64,000 bases of DNA from Octopus sinensis. Taxonomy: Eukaryota. Shown here piece by piece: positions 63,656-64,000 of this stretch. The position numbers and the translations under genes were made by a program. The stretch covers positions 98,580,001 to 98,644,000 of the forward strand of contig NC_043002.1 in NCBI RefSeq assembly GCF_006345805.1. The letters are read 5' to 3'. Below the pieces are notes generated by a model, which saw only the letters and a program-made list of their open reading frames with translations, made no database searches and was not told the origin of the DNA. Every line of letters begins with the position of its first letter. Position 1 is the first letter of the stretch.

Positions 63656-64000
63656 TCTTTATATATAAAAGTGAAGTTGTGTGTCTGTCTCCTACGATTT
63701 AGATTCTTAACTACTCCCACATTTTGCGATGCAGTTTAACCAAAACCGGGTATCTTATAGTCGTGATTCATATCGAGCCCTTCTGGGTATTAGCGTGTGT
63801 CTACGATGAGTCTACGATTTAAAAAAAAATTTACCATCATTTTTTTTCCATTTTAATGCATTTTTTCGCTATTATATAAGGGAAGTAACTCTCTAAAAAT
63901 GTCTACGATGAGTCAGCGATTTAAAAAAAAATTTACTATAATTTTTTTCCATTTTTAATGCATTTTTTGCAATTTTTTGGCTATAACTCTCTAAAAATGC
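63656..64000 (+). mobile_element. Non-autonomous Helitron, truncated by the window end
   Basis: A|TC start and same body. Confidence 0.85.

Overview
Eukaryotic, AT-rich, microsatellite-dense genomic DNA. Its repeat content resembles that of a coleoid cephalopod (Octopus-like); this is an inference from recognised repeat style, not a database result. The only host gene I can support is a semaphorin-5-like gene on the + strand. Eleven GT-AG exons between 28274 and 61307 (1366 nt, about 455 codons, phases consistent throughout) encode almost the whole Sema domain and the start of the PSI domain. The signal-peptide exon was not located and the rest of the gene lies beyond the window. Everything else is intronic or intergenic and filled with mobile DNA: eight non-autonomous Helitrons, several tRNA-derived SINE families, a retroelement always flanked by (TAA)n, an R4/Dong-like RLE LINE fragment, CR1-like fragments, an internally deleted mariner, an internally deleted piggyBac, several fold-back elements and a probable Penelope-like relic. 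The most notable observation is two minimal type I hammerhead ribozyme motifs on the minus strand: one with an intact core at about 22535-22635 and one with a single core mutation at about 60390-60485. Almost all ORFs in the supplied track are SINE or microsatellite artefacts.
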